Part shown: piece by piece, positions 9,450-18,974 of the stretch | How the letters are laid out: each line of letters opens with the position of its first letter | How positions within the stretch are numbered: the first letter of the stretch is position 1 | Origin: an uncultured Chthoniobacterales bacterium | GTDB taxonomy: Bacteria; Verrucomicrobiota; Verrucomicrobiia; Chthoniobacterales; JAFAMB01 | Assembly (NCBI GenBank): GCA_964252355.1 | Contig: CAXUNV010000001.1 | Span: forward strand, 1 to 35,393 | Length of the DNA stretch: 35,393 nucleotides | Direction: 5' to 3' | Made by a program: the position numbers and the translations under genes | Notes under the pieces: generated by a model | Database searches by the model: none | Seen by the model: the letters and a program-made list of their open reading frames with translations, nothing else | Told to the model about the DNA's origin: nothing

Positions 9450-10547
9450 TCAATCCTTCGCGGATTTCGGGTCGAGGGCGTCGCGCAAGCCGTCACCCAG
9501 GAAATTTAGCGAGAAGAGCGTCGAGGAGAAGAAAACCGCCGGAAAGACCAGCAGCCACAGGGAGGTTTCCATCGTACGCGCCCCGTCGTCGAGCAGTGCG
9601 CCCCAGGAACTCAGCGGCGGCGGCACACCCAATCCGAGAAAACTGAGCACGGCTTCGAGCAACATCACGTCGGGCACGGTCAGGGTGGTGTAGATGATGA
9701 CCGGACCCAACACATTTGGAATGAGGTGTCGCAGGATGATGCGTCGCTCGCTCAACCCAAGGGAGACGGCTGCCTCCACGAACTCTTGGCGCCGCAGGGA
9801 GATGATCTGCCCGCGCACGATGCGCGCCATGGTCAGCCACTCCACCGCGCCGATCGCGACGAAGAGCAGGATGAAGTTACGGCCGAAGGTCACCATCAAG
9901 AGGATGACGATCACGGTGAACGGCAGGGCGTAAAGGATGTCGACCAGCCGCATCATCAACACGTCGACTTTGCCGCCCAGGAATCCGGCCACGGCACCCC
10001 ACAGCACCCCGATGACCACCGAAACCAAGGTCGCGGCAAAACCGACCGCCAACGAGATCTGGCCGCCGATCAGCACGCGGGTCAACAGGTCGCGGCCGAG
10101 CGCATCCGTGCCGAACAGGTGACGACGCGTCGATTTCTGGTAACGGTAGCGCCCCTCTTCTTGCGTTTCACCCCGGGCGACTTTGGAAACGAGTTCCGCC
10201 CGTTCGGCCGGGGTTTTGTCCAAGAACTCGTCCTCCAAGTTAGACAAGGCGAGATAGGCGACGCGCCCCCGCGCCCCTTGGTGGGCGTCCATGCGCGCCA
10301 CGATGGTGTCCAGGGGACGGCTGGCTTTGAGGCTCAACTCCGTCTCCTCATACGTGTAGCCGGTGAAGAAGGGACCGATGAGACAAACCAAAGCCATCAA
10401 CCCGAAGTAAAAGAGGCTGCCAAGCGCCAGTCGGTTGCGCTGCAGGCGATGCCAAGCGTCGCGCCAAAGGGATGTGCCGGCGACGGCCGGTTCCTCGTGC
10501 AGACCCGCAGGTCGCGTGTTGGGTAGGACAACCGATGGGGTGCTCAT
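9450..10547 (-). CDS. oppC: Oligopeptide ABC transporter permease
   Basis: HLFGTDALGRD, EFVEAA..LG, FLGDGLRDALDP. Confidence 0.94.
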   Translation of the reverse strand: MSTPSVVLPNTRPAGLHEEPAVAGTSLWRDAWHRLQRNRLALGSLFYFGLMALVCLIGPFFTGYTYEETELSLKASRPLDTIVARMDAHQGARGRVAYLALSNLEDEFLDKTPAERAELVSKVARGETQEEGRYRYQKSTRRHLFGTDALGRDLLTRVLIGGQISLAVGFAATLVSVVIGVLWGAVAGFLGGKVDVLMMRLVDILYALPFTVIVILLMVTFGRNFILLFVAIGAVEWLTMARIVRGQIISLRRQEFVEAAVSLGLSERRIILRHLIPNVLGPVIIYTTLTVPDVMLLEAVLSFLGLGVPPPLSSWGALLDDGARTMETSLWLLVFPAVFFSSTLFSLNFLGDGLRDALDPKSAKD

Positions 10548-10556
10548 GTTCGCGCG

Positions 10557-11486
10557 TCAAGTACGGCTCTTCGGATCCAGCAGGGCTTGCGCCACGTCCG
10601 AGACGAGGTTGAAGAGGACGATTAGGGTGCCAAAAAAGATGACGGTACCCAGGATGAGAGGGTAATCGCGGTTGAACACCGACTTGATGAATTCCTGGCC
10701 AAGCCCCGGGACATTGTAGATCTTTTCCACCACAAATGACCCGCTGATGAGACCGGCGAAGGCGGGACCCAGGAACGAGACGACCGGCAGCAGACCGCCC
10801 CGGAGCGCGTGCCGAACGATGATTTGGTGATCCGGGACGCCTTTGGCCCGCGCCGTCCGGATGAAGTCTTGGTGCAACACGTCGAGCATGCCGCCGCGGG
10901 TCAGCCGGGCGATGTTGGCGGCATAGAAAAGGCCAAGGGTGACGGCGGGCATCACCGCCGGGTGCAGGGGCACGTAATCCAACCCGTACCAGCCGCTCAC
11001 GGGCGCAATTTTGAGGCCCAAGCAAAAGACCAAGGCGAGGATGGGCCCGAGGACGAAGGTGGGTAGGCAGATGCCGAGCATGGCGGCAGACATCGGCAGG
11101 TAATCCCAAAGCTTGTTCCGGTTGACCGCCGCGACGACTCCCGTCGTGACGCCGACGACCAGCGCGATGAGGAAGGCCAGCGTGCCGATCTGCAGCGAGA
11201 TGGGAAAGGCGCGCGCGATCACCTCAGTCACCGAACTGCTTTGGTAGGTGTAGGAAGGCCCGAAGTCGAAGCGCACGACCTTGCCCAGGTAGGCGAGGTA
11301 TTGCTGCCAAAGCGGTTTGTCCAAGCCGTAGTATTCGTTGAGCTTGGCGATCACCTCCGGCGTGGCTTGACGTTCTGCGCTGAACGGGCCGCCCGGGACG
11401 ATCTTGGTGAGGAAGAAGGTTAACGTCAGCAGGATCCAGAGGACCGGGATGAGTTGCAGCAGCCGGTTGAGGACGATCTTCAGCAT
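10557..11486 (-). CDS. oppB: Oligopeptide ABC transporter permease
   Basis: PGGPF, YGLDKPLWQQY, FIRTARAKG, NRDYPLILG. Confidence 0.94.
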   Translation of the reverse strand: MLKIVLNRLLQLIPVLWILLTLTFFLTKIVPGGPFSAERQATPEVIAKLNEYYGLDKPLWQQYLAYLGKVVRFDFGPSYTYQSSSVTEVIARAFPISLQIGTLAFLIALVVGVTTGVVAAVNRNKLWDYLPMSAAMLGICLPTFVLGPILALVFCLGLKIAPVSGWYGLDYVPLHPAVMPAVTLGLFYAANIARLTRGGMLDVLHQDFIRTARAKGVPDHQIIVRHALRGGLLPVVSFLGPAFAGLISGSFVVEKIYNVPGLGQEFIKSVFNRDYPLILGTVIFFGTLIVLFNLVSDVAQALLDPKSRT

Positions 11487-11594
11487 GTGGGGAAAGCCGA
11501 GTGGCGTCGCCCTGCCCTGGCATTTGCCTTGAGGGCGGCCGTGGTCAGAAGGGCCAACGCAGGCGCGCGGCTCTGGCGGAGCGTTTGCATGACG

Positions 11595-13280
11595 TCAGCG
11601 CGTCGCCTGTTTGCCGGCGACCTCGTCTTCCGGCGCGGGTTGCAGGTCGATGAATTTATAGTTGTGGTTGTCCAACACGAGGGGAGTCCAATTGCGCACC
11701 GACGGCTGGATCAGGTAGTCGCGCACGTACCAATAAAGCAAGACGACGGGCGCCTCGTCTAAGAACAGGTTTTCGGCTTGGCGCAGAACGTCGAGTCGGC
11801 GCTGCGGGTCGCCGATCCGGTAGGATTGCGCGAGCAGTTCGTCATACTTCGGGTTTGCCCAGTTGGTGTTGTTGTTGCCGTTACCCGTCGTCCACATGGC
11901 AAGGAACGTCGACGGGTCCACGTAATCACCGATCCAAGCGGATCGAGAAATTTCGTAGTTTTTTTTGTTCTGGGTGTCTTGGTAGACCTTCCACTCTTGG
12001 TTCTGCAGGCCGACGTCGATGTTGAGTTCCTCTTTCCACATCTGTTGCACAGCCTCGGCGATGATGCGGTGGGACTCCATGGTGTTGAACAGGATGTCAA
12101 ATTTCGGGAAACCCTTCCCGTTGGGGTACCCCGCATCGGCCAGCAGCTTTCGTGCGCGCTCCGGGTCAAAGCCGTACTTGTGCAGGGGTTCGTAGCCTTC
12201 CATGCCGGGCGGCGTGTACCCCGTCGCCGGCTTTTGGTTCGCCCGGAGGATGTTCCGGCAGATCGCTTCGCGGTCGATGGCGTAATTGAGCGCTTGGCGC
12301 ACCCGCACGTCCCTTAACGCCGGCCGGTCGACGTTGATCCGGTAGAAATAAACCCCCAGGTAGGGATCGAGCCGCAGCATGTCCGGGTAGATGCGACGGT
12401 AGCGTGGCGTCTTGTCGAGCGGCACGTCATAACTCTTGTGCAGTTGCCCGGCCAGGAACGCGCGGTCGTAAGTCGCCTGATTCTCGATGGTGAAAAACTT
12501 GATGCCGTTCAGTTTCACGTTGGCGGCATCCCAATAGAGCGGATTTTTCTCCACTTCGATGACGTCGTTTTCCCGCCACGTCTTCAGGCGGAAAGGGCCG
12601 TTGCCGACGTTGTTGCCTGGCCGGGTCCACTTGGTGTCGCGCGTGCCGATCTGGCCGAAGCGAAGGATCGTGCCGGGGTGTACCGGGGTCCAAGCGTCGT
12701 GCTGCAGCATCGAGAGCAGGTACGGCGTCGGGCCAACAAAATCGAGGCGGAGGGTGTGGTCGTCCAAGGCTTTCACACCCACGTCGTTGAAATCCTTGGT
12801 CTTGCCGTGAAAGTAGTCCTCGCCGCCTTTCAGGATGAACAACATGTCCGCGTAGGGCGCGGCGAAGTTGGGGGTGAGAAAGCGCTGGTAGCTGAAGACG
12901 AAATCCTGCGCCGTGACGGGATCGCCGTTGGACCAGCGCCGATCCTCCCCGATGTGGAAGGTCCAGCTAGAGAAATCGTCGTTGTGTTCCCAAGACTTCG
13001 CCATGCCGGGAACGGACTTGGCTTGGTCGTCCTTGTCGCAGCCGACGAGACCTTCAAGCATCGACATGATGATGTGGTGCTCGGGAACCCCCTGCGCCTG
13101 TTGGGGGTCGAGGGTGCGCGGCTCAGAACCTTCGCAAAGGAGAAGCACCTTCGCGCGCGTTGCCTCTTCCAAGGTGCGGCTATCGATGCGGGCGCCTTCC
13201 GCCCGCAGGCGACCGGCCCAGGGCAGGAAAAGCGCAACCGCCAGCGCCCCTAAACCGACACCGGCAGAAATTCTGTTCAT
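11595..13280 (-). CDS. oppA: Oligopeptide ABC transporter substrate-binding protein (family 5)
   Basis: Signal peptide from MNRISAG (13280); EPRTLDP, WSNGDPVTAQDFVFS, NGPF, WIGDYVDP. Confidence 0.92.
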   Translation of the reverse strand: MNRISAGVGLGALAVALFLPWAGRLRAEGARIDSRTLEEATRAKVLLLCEGSEPRTLDPQQAQGVPEHHIIMSMLEGLVGCDKDDQAKSVPGMAKSWEHNDDFSSWTFHIGEDRRWSNGDPVTAQDFVFSYQRFLTPNFAAPYADMLFILKGGEDYFHGKTKDFNDVGVKALDDHTLRLDFVGPTPYLLSMLQHDAWTPVHPGTILRFGQIGTRDTKWTRPGNNVGNGPFRLKTWRENDVIEVEKNPLYWDAANVKLNGIKFFTIENQATYDRAFLAGQLHKSYDVPLDKTPRYRRIYPDMLRLDPYLGVYFYRINVDRPALRDVRVRQALNYAIDREAICRNILRANQKPATGYTPPGMEGYEPLHKYGFDPERARKLLADAGYPNGKGFPKFDILFNTMESHRIIAEAVQQMWKEELNIDVGLQNQEWKVYQDTQNKKNYEISRSAWIGDYVDPSTFLAMWTTGNGNNNTNWANPKYDELLAQSYRIGDPQRRLDVLRQAENLFLDEAPVVLLYWYVRDYLIQPSVRNWTPLVLDNHNYKFIDLQPAPEDEVAGKQATR

Positions 13281-13290
13281 CGTTGATGCC

Positions 13291-15405
13291 TTAATTTGAC
13301 GACAAACCCATTTTCTTGAGGAACGAGCCCACCGACGGCTTGCGCCCAAGGAAGCGTTCAATGGATTCGTCGATCTCGCGCGCATTACCTTGCGCGTAAA
13401 TTTCGTCCCGCAAGCGCCGCCCCACCCCTTCGTCTAGGTAACCGCCCGGGGCGGCTTCGAAGACGGCGGCCATGTCGGCGGCGATGGCGTCGGCCCAAGC
13501 GTACCCGTAATAGCCGGCGTCGTAGCCGACGAGGTGGCCCCACGAAGCGACTAAGGCGGTGGCCGGATCCGGAGGCAGAAAGATTTCGCCGAGGACCGCG
13601 TTGCTGTACCCGGCGAGGTTCGCCAAGTCAGGGCCGGTGGCAGAGGCGCCGTGCAATCGCAGGTCCAAGATGCCGAACGACAATTGCCGGCGGTAAAAAC
13701 AACCTTTGGTTGCGAGATCGGCCGCGCGCAGCGCCGTCAGGGTCTCCGCCGGCACTTTCTGGGTCTCATCGCGGTAATCGGCCGCAAACCCATCAAGCAC
13801 GGTTTTATCCCACGCGAAGTACTCCAACATCTGCGAGGGAGCCTCGACAAAATCCGTCGGGACGTTCGTCCCGGAAAACCGCACGTCCTTCGCCCGCGTC
13901 AGGATGGCGTGCATCGCGTGACCAAACTCGTGGAAGATCGTGACGACATCCTCATGCCGCATGAGCGCGGGTCCCCCCCCTTCCGGCGGCGGAAAGTTGC
14001 AGATCAGTTCGGTGGTGGGCCGCAGGTAGGTGCCGTCGCCAAGCTGCTTCCCATCGACCAACGAGAAGTTGGCAAAATGGTTGAATTTTCCCGGGCGCGG
14101 GAAAAGATCCATGTAGAGCAGCCCCAACGGTTCCCGGGTGCCTCGGTCGAGGACGGCGTACGCTTTTAGGTCGTCGGCGTATTTCGACGGCGGGTTCACC
14201 TCCCGGATCTCGATCCCGAAGATGCGTTCGTAGACGCCGAACATGCCGGCCAGAACTTTGTCGACGGGAAAATAGACCCGCAGCGACTCTGCATCCACGC
14301 GGAACCGGTCCTGCCGCACCCGTTCCGCGCAGAACCGCCAATCCCACACGTTCACCTCGGAGCTCTCCTGGCCCGGGAGCGCGCCCTTGACGGCGCGGAA
14401 CTCCGCCAACTCACCTTGGAATTTCGGCTCGAGCCGCTCCTTGAGGTTCTCCAAAAAGCCAAGCGCCGTCGCGCCGTTTTTGGCCATGCGTCCCTCGATG
14501 CGGTAATCGGCCCAAGAAGCGTACCCAAGTCTCCGGGCGATGTCGGTCCGCAGGCGCAAGATGTCCGCAAGCAAGGAAAGGTTGGGATCACGCGCCCGGT
14601 TGTCACGGGCCAAGTAAGCGCGCTTCCGGGTCGCCTCACGGATGGCGTGGTCGACCACGCTCTCGTACTGGAAAGCCACGTTCACGTCGACGACGTAACC
14701 GCCGTCCTCCCCCTGCAAGCGGGCGAGTACGGCCGGCGGAACGCCTTCCAGTTCTGCGCGGGAGAAGTGCACCGGAGCGTCGGCGTTGTTGATGTTGACC
14801 TCGAAAGTCGTCTCTTTGCGCGTCAGTTCCTTGCGCAGGCGTTCGATCTCGGCGCGTTCGGCCTCGGGCGCGGCGAGACCGGCGCGCTTGTAATCGCGCA
14901 AGGTCTCATCGAGCAGGCGCCGGTCCTCGCCCGCCAAATCGGGCTTCGTGGCCGCAAACGCCTTCACGGCCCGGTAAACCTCGGGGCGGTACTCCACGCC
15001 GACAGACCATTCCTGCAGCTTTTCCAGCGCCTCGACGGCCGCGGCACGCATCGCGGGATCGGGGTGGGCCTGCTGCAGAATGGTGATCCGGTTGGTCGCT
15101 TGCGCGACATCGGACGCGGCATTGTCCAATGCTCCGACCGTGTTTTGAAAGGTGACGGCTTCGGGCGACACCGCGCCGATGGCCGCGAAGGCTCGGTCGC
15201 CCGCTTCGATGGCCGCGTCGGCGCTGCGCATGATCTCGGCGGGAGCAGCCTCGAAAGTCGGGACCGAAAGGCGGCCGTGAAAAGTGGCGGACCGAGCCTG
15301 CAGGTCGCCGAGCTTGAGGGTTGGAGAGTCTTCCGCCGCGCGTGACAGCGGCAGAAGTGCGCAACCGGCAGCAAAAAGGGCGGACGCGGCGATAATCTTG
15401 GTCAT
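13291..15405 (-). CDS. M3A metallopeptidase (oligopeptidase A/thimet-like) with signal peptide
   Basis: FHEFGHAMH zinc motif, DFVEAPSQMLE, YDAGYYGYAWA. Start MTKIIAASALFAAG. Confidence 0.92.
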   Translation of the reverse strand: MTKIIAASALFAAGCALLPLSRAAEDSPTLKLGDLQARSATFHGRLSVPTFEAAPAEIMRSADAAIEAGDRAFAAIGAVSPEAVTFQNTVGALDNAASDVAQATNRITILQQAHPDPAMRAAAVEALEKLQEWSVGVEYRPEVYRAVKAFAATKPDLAGEDRRLLDETLRDYKRAGLAAPEAERAEIERLRKELTRKETTFEVNINNADAPVHFSRAELEGVPPAVLARLQGEDGGYVVDVNVAFQYESVVDHAIREATRKRAYLARDNRARDPNLSLLADILRLRTDIARRLGYASWADYRIEGRMAKNGATALGFLENLKERLEPKFQGELAEFRAVKGALPGQESSEVNVWDWRFCAERVRQDRFRVDAESLRVYFPVDKVLAGMFGVYERIFGIEIREVNPPSKYADDLKAYAVLDRGTREPLGLLYMDLFPRPGKFNHFANFSLVDGKQLGDGTYLRPTTELICNFPPPEGGGPALMRHEDVVTIFHEFGHAMHAILTRAKDVRFSGTNVPTDFVEAPSQMLEYFAWDKTVLDGFAADYRDETQKVPAETLTALRAADLATKGCFYRRQLSFGILDLRLHGASATGPDLANLAGYSNAVLGEIFLPPDPATALVASWGHLVGYDAGYYGYAWADAIAADMAAVFEAAPGGYLDEGVGRRLRDEIYAQGNAREIDESIERFLGRKPSVGSFLKKMGLSSN

Positions 15406-15546
15406 GGGGACGCCGGCGGTCCGGGCCGCCTGGATAAAAGCCGCAATATGGATGCGGGGTGCCGGTTTGCAAACGGCGCGGGTCCGGAGGGGCAAGCTGG
15501 AACAATGGGCGAGTTGCCGCTCCGCTTGGAGTTCCACCTCTCCCGA

Positions 15547-16182
15547 TTACGAGCTAAAACGGTCTTCGGTCCAGGGATCGCCCACGTCGCTGTAGCCGCG
15601 GTTCTCCCAATAGCCGCGGCGCAGCGTCTCCCGGAACTCGATGGCGCGGATGAACTTGGCACCTTTCCAGGCGTAAAGCTTTGGGATGATCATCCGGGCC
15701 GGGCCACCGTGCTCCCGCGAGATGGGGGCACCGTTCAAAGTGGTGGCGATCAGCACGTCGTCATCCAAGCATGGTCCCAGCGGCACGCTCACCGTGTAAC
15801 CGTCGTAACCCGTCACGAGCAGGTATTCAGCGCCTTTTTTCGGTTGGACGAGATCGACCAAGGTGAAAAACGCGACACCGCCCCACCGGCAATCGTATTT
15901 GGTCCACGTCGTCACGCAGTGGAAGTCGCTGACGTCGACGAAGGCCGGCAAGGCCTGGAACTCCTGCCAGCTGATGGTCCGGGCATGCTTCACGTGCCCG
16001 GAAAGTTCCAAGGTCCATTCGCCTACAGGAACTTCGGGCCGAATGCCAAGATCAAGGACGGGGAAGCCTGACGTGAGGTGTTGCCCGGGCGGCAGGCGGT
16101 CCGTGGAGCGCACCGCTGGCCTGAGCCGGCCAGCCATCTTCTGCGCCCAGCGTTCCTTACGCGCCGTGATCGACGGGTCCAT
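15547..16182 (-). CDS. Sulfite oxidase-like molybdopterin oxidoreductase
   Basis: RLPPGQ, DFHCVTTW (Mo-ligating Cys), EHGGPAR, YAWKGAK, GYWE.RGY. Confidence 0.9.
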   Translation of the reverse strand: MDPSITARKERWAQKMAGRLRPAVRSTDRLPPGQHLTSGFPVLDLGIRPEVPVGEWTLELSGHVKHARTISWQEFQALPAFVDVSDFHCVTTWTKYDCRWGGVAFFTLVDLVQPKKGAEYLLVTGYDGYTVSVPLGPCLDDDVLIATTLNGAPISREHGGPARMIIPKLYAWKGAKFIRAIEFRETLRRGYWENRGYSDVGDPWTEDRFSS

Positions 16183-16936
16183 CGCGGTGCGCCCGGGAGA
16201 GCTGGCGAATGGCGTCGCGCAGTTCGGCCGCTCGCTCATAAGCCTCGTCGGCGATCGCCCGTTCCAAGTCGCGCTCCATCAACTCGAGCGGACTCAACGG
16301 CGCGTTGTCACGGACTTCGGACAGCCACTCGTTCAGGAACGCCAGCTCGGTGCTGTTGTCGATCCATTGCGCTTGGCCGATGGCGCGGTAGAACTCCTCG
16401 ATGCGTCGCTTCCCGTTCTCGATGGTTTCGATGGCCCGGGAGGTCCGCTCGGCGCGCAACTCGACCGAAGCGTGCGCCCGGGTGTTCATCATGATGACGT
16501 AGGGGCGGTACTGTTCAAACGACCATTTCCCCTCTTCCTCCTCGCAGTGCTCCGTCACGAAGTCGAACAAGCGCAGGTTGCGCTCGGTATCGCGCGCCAC
16601 GGCGGGGAAATCGCGCAACTGAAACTGGCTGAGGTAGCGGTGATAATATTGCACCCCTTCCTGTTGCAGCGCGTTAAGGTCGGCTTCGTCCAGTTGGTAA
16701 GTCTCGCCTCGATTGCCCGCCTCGCGCGCCTGGGCTTCGTGGTACTCCAGAAGGGATTCGAAGCCGAAGGGCCGTTGCCCGTCGGGCCTGCCGGTCACTT
16801 CCATTTGGATGAGGCCAAGATCGATCCGCAACTGCAGCTTCTCGCGACCATCATTGCCGAGGACCTTGCGGGCTTTCACCGTGCCGGGCTCGTGCGGCCA
16901 TCCCTCGAGCAAATTGTTTAGATCTAGGTTGCTCAC
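16157..16936 (-). CDS. UvrB/UvrC (UVR) motif-containing protein of unknown function
   Basis: C-terminal LERAIADEAYERAAELRD motif; N-terminal QLRIDLGLIQME..GRPDG. GTG start at 16936 is inferred. Confidence 0.82.
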   Translation of the reverse strand: MSNLDLNNLLEGWPHEPGTVKARKVLGNDGREKLQLRIDLGLIQMEVTGRPDGQRPFGFESLLEYHEAQAREAGNRGETYQLDEADLNALQQEGVQYYHRYLSQFQLRDFPAVARDTERNLRLFDFVTEHCEEEEGKWSFEQYRPYVIMMNTRAHASVELRAERTSRAIETIENGKRRIEEFYRAIGQAQWIDNSTELAFLNEWLSEVRDNAPLSPLELMERDLERAIADEAYERAAELRDAIRQLSRAHRDGPVDHGA

Positions 16937-17073
16937 CGGCGTAATTATCGGGTCGGGCGAGCCGTTGTCAAAGGACGCGCGGAGCTTCGAGAGGGACTCC
17001 AAAAACCGCAAAATAAGCACGACGCCCGATGACAGGATCCGGAAACGAGGTAGCTCGCCGACGGTGGTGAGAG

Positions 17074-17147
17074 TGGCTACCGCGCATGGATTCGAACCAT
17101 GAATAACGCCTCCAAAGGGCGCTGTGTTACCGTTACACCACGCGGTA
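17074..17147 (-). tRNA. trnQ: tRNA-Gln (TTG)
   Basis: Reverse complement is TACCGCG TG GTGTAACGGTAACAC A GCGCC CT TTG GA GGCGT TATT CATGG TTCGAAT CCATG CGCGGTA G CCA. Full cloverleaf with encoded CCA. Confidence 0.97.
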
Positions 17148-17195
17148 AGAACAAGCCGGGCGTACTCTGGAAGAGATTGGCCCTGCCCGCAAGCG

Positions 17196-18734
17196 TCATT
17201 TGCCGGCCGGGACCAAGAGGCAGTGGCCCGTCATCTCCACGGGAACTTTCAACCCGAGGAGTTGAAGCAGGGTGGGCGCGATGTCGGCCAGGATGCCGTC
17301 CTCCAGCCGGTACTGCCCGGCATCGGCCGCCACGTAGAGCAGGTGCACCAAATTGGTGGTGTGAGCGGTGTTGGGCGAACCGTCGGCGTTGCGCATCTGT
17401 TCGCAGTTGCCGTGGTCGGCGGTGACCAGGGCGCACCCACCGAGCCGCAGGGTCTCGCCGATCACTTGGCGCACGCCGTCGTCGACCGCCTCCACGGCGC
17501 GCACCGCGGCATCGACCACGCCGGTGTGGCCAACCATGTCCGGGTTTGCGAAGTTCAAAATGACCAAGTCGTAAGCCGCCATGCGCCGGACGACTTCCCG
17601 CGTCACTTCCGGTTCGCTCATCTCGGGTAGCAGATCGTAGGTCGCCACCTTCGGCGAGGGTACGATGGCGCGGTCCTCGCCGGGGAAAGGCATCTCGATG
17701 CCCCCGCTGAAGAAGTAGGTGACGTGCGGGTACTTTTCGGTTTCGGCGATGCGCAACTGCTTGCGGCCGGCTGCGCTGACCACCTCGCCGAGGATGTTGA
17801 CCAGCGACTGCGGCCCGAAAGCGACCGGGCACGGGTACGTTGGATCGTAAGCCGTCAAGGTCACGTACCGGACCTGGGGAACGCTTTCGCGGTTGAAGCC
17901 GTGGAAGTCGGCGCGCAAAAACGCTTCGGATAACTGGCGGGCGCGGTCCGCCCGGAAGTTGAAGAAGAACACCACATCCGCATCGCGGACCCGCCGCTGA
18001 TCCGGCCAGGAAAAGACGATCGGCTTAAGAAACTCGTCGGTCTCCTGCTCGACGTACCGGCGGCGAACGGCAACCGCGGGCGTCTCGGAGCTGCGCTCGC
18101 CGTGGCCGAGGACGATGGCGTCCCACGCCAGCTTGGTGCGGTCCCAACGTCGGTCGCGGTCCATGGCGTAGTACCGCCCCACGACCGTGGCGATGGTGGC
18201 ACCGGTGCCACGCAACGCCCGGTCCAACTCATCCAGGTAACCCGCGCCCGCGGTCGGCGAGGTGTCACGCCCGTCCGTGATGGCGTGAACCACGATCTCT
18301 TCCACACCCTGGGCCGCGGCTTGCCGCGCCAGCGCCACCAAATGGTCCTGGTGGCTGTGCACCCCACCGTCCGAGACCAAGCCCAAGAAGTGCAGCCGCC
18401 GTCCCCGGGCCGCGGCGAACGCCTCATGGACGACCGGGTTGCGGGCAAGTTCCCCGTCGGCAATCGCTTTATTGATCCGCGTCAGGTCCTGATAGACGAT
18501 ACGGCCCGCCCCCAAGTTCAGGTGGCCCACTTCAGAATTGCCCATTTGCCCTTCGGGCAGCCCGACGTCCATCCCGGAAGCGCTAAGGAAGCTGCCAGGG
18601 TAGGCGGCGTACAGGTGGTCGTGGAACGGCGTGCGCGCCAAGAGCGTGGCGTTGCCATCGGCTTCCGCGTGCTCCCAGCCGCGCGGGTTGATGCCCCACC
18701 CGTCGCGGATGATCAGAATCACTGGTTTCGGCAT
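17196..18734 (-). CDS. gpmI: 2,3-BPG-independent phosphoglycerate mutase
   Basis: GQMGNSEVGH, DGRDT, GRYYAMDRD, AETEKYPHVT, NPDMVGHTG, TADHGN. Confidence 0.97.
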   Translation of the reverse strand: MPKPVILIIRDGWGINPRGWEHAEADGNATLLARTPFHDHLYAAYPGSFLSASGMDVGLPEGQMGNSEVGHLNLGAGRIVYQDLTRINKAIADGELARNPVVHEAFAAARGRRLHFLGLVSDGGVHSHQDHLVALARQAAAQGVEEIVVHAITDGRDTSPTAGAGYLDELDRALRGTGATIATVVGRYYAMDRDRRWDRTKLAWDAIVLGHGERSSETPAVAVRRRYVEQETDEFLKPIVFSWPDQRRVRDADVVFFFNFRADRARQLSEAFLRADFHGFNRESVPQVRYVTLTAYDPTYPCPVAFGPQSLVNILGEVVSAAGRKQLRIAETEKYPHVTYFFSGGIEMPFPGEDRAIVPSPKVATYDLLPEMSEPEVTREVVRRMAAYDLVILNFANPDMVGHTGVVDAAVRAVEAVDDGVRQVIGETLRLGGCALVTADHGNCEQMRNADGSPNTAHTTNLVHLLYVAADAGQYRLEDGILADIAPTLLQLLGLKVPVEMTGHCLLVPAGK

Positions 18735-18756
18735 GACGCGGGACGATCCAGCGGCC

Positions 18757-18791
18757 TGTTGCTTGTCTCTGATCTCTCGTCTCTTGTTCTA
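18757..18791. repeat. Degenerate 7-bp periodic tract
   Basis: TGTTGCT/TGTCTCT/GATCTCT/CGTCTCT/TGTTCTA. Confidence 0.55.
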
Positions 18792-18838
18792 AACGTTCCC
18801 ACGCCGCGTCCGCACGACGCCGCAGCCAGTCGGCGCCG

Positions 18839-18943
18839 TCAGCGTTTTTCCGGCTTTTCCGGGGCGGCTGCCACCGCCTTTTTGCGCCGGAGATAGTTTT
18901 GCCGGCGGCGACGTTTTTCCACTTTGTTGTGCTGTTTGCCCAT
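18839..18943 (-). CDS. 34-aa Lys/Arg-rich small protein
   Basis: MGKQHNKVEKRRRRQNYLRRKKAVAAAPEKPEKR. It lies in the cysI-gpmI gap, co-oriented, 31 nt after the cysI stop. Confidence 0.65.
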   Translation of the reverse strand: MGKQHNKVEKRRRRQNYLRRKKAVAAAPEKPEKR

Positions 18944-18974
18944 GCGGCACCTATCCGTGAGGTGCGGTGCCGCA

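Noticed and set aside
17074-17147. tRNA-Gln as an island attachment site
   Set aside because: No integrase and no duplicated tRNA 3' end in the window.
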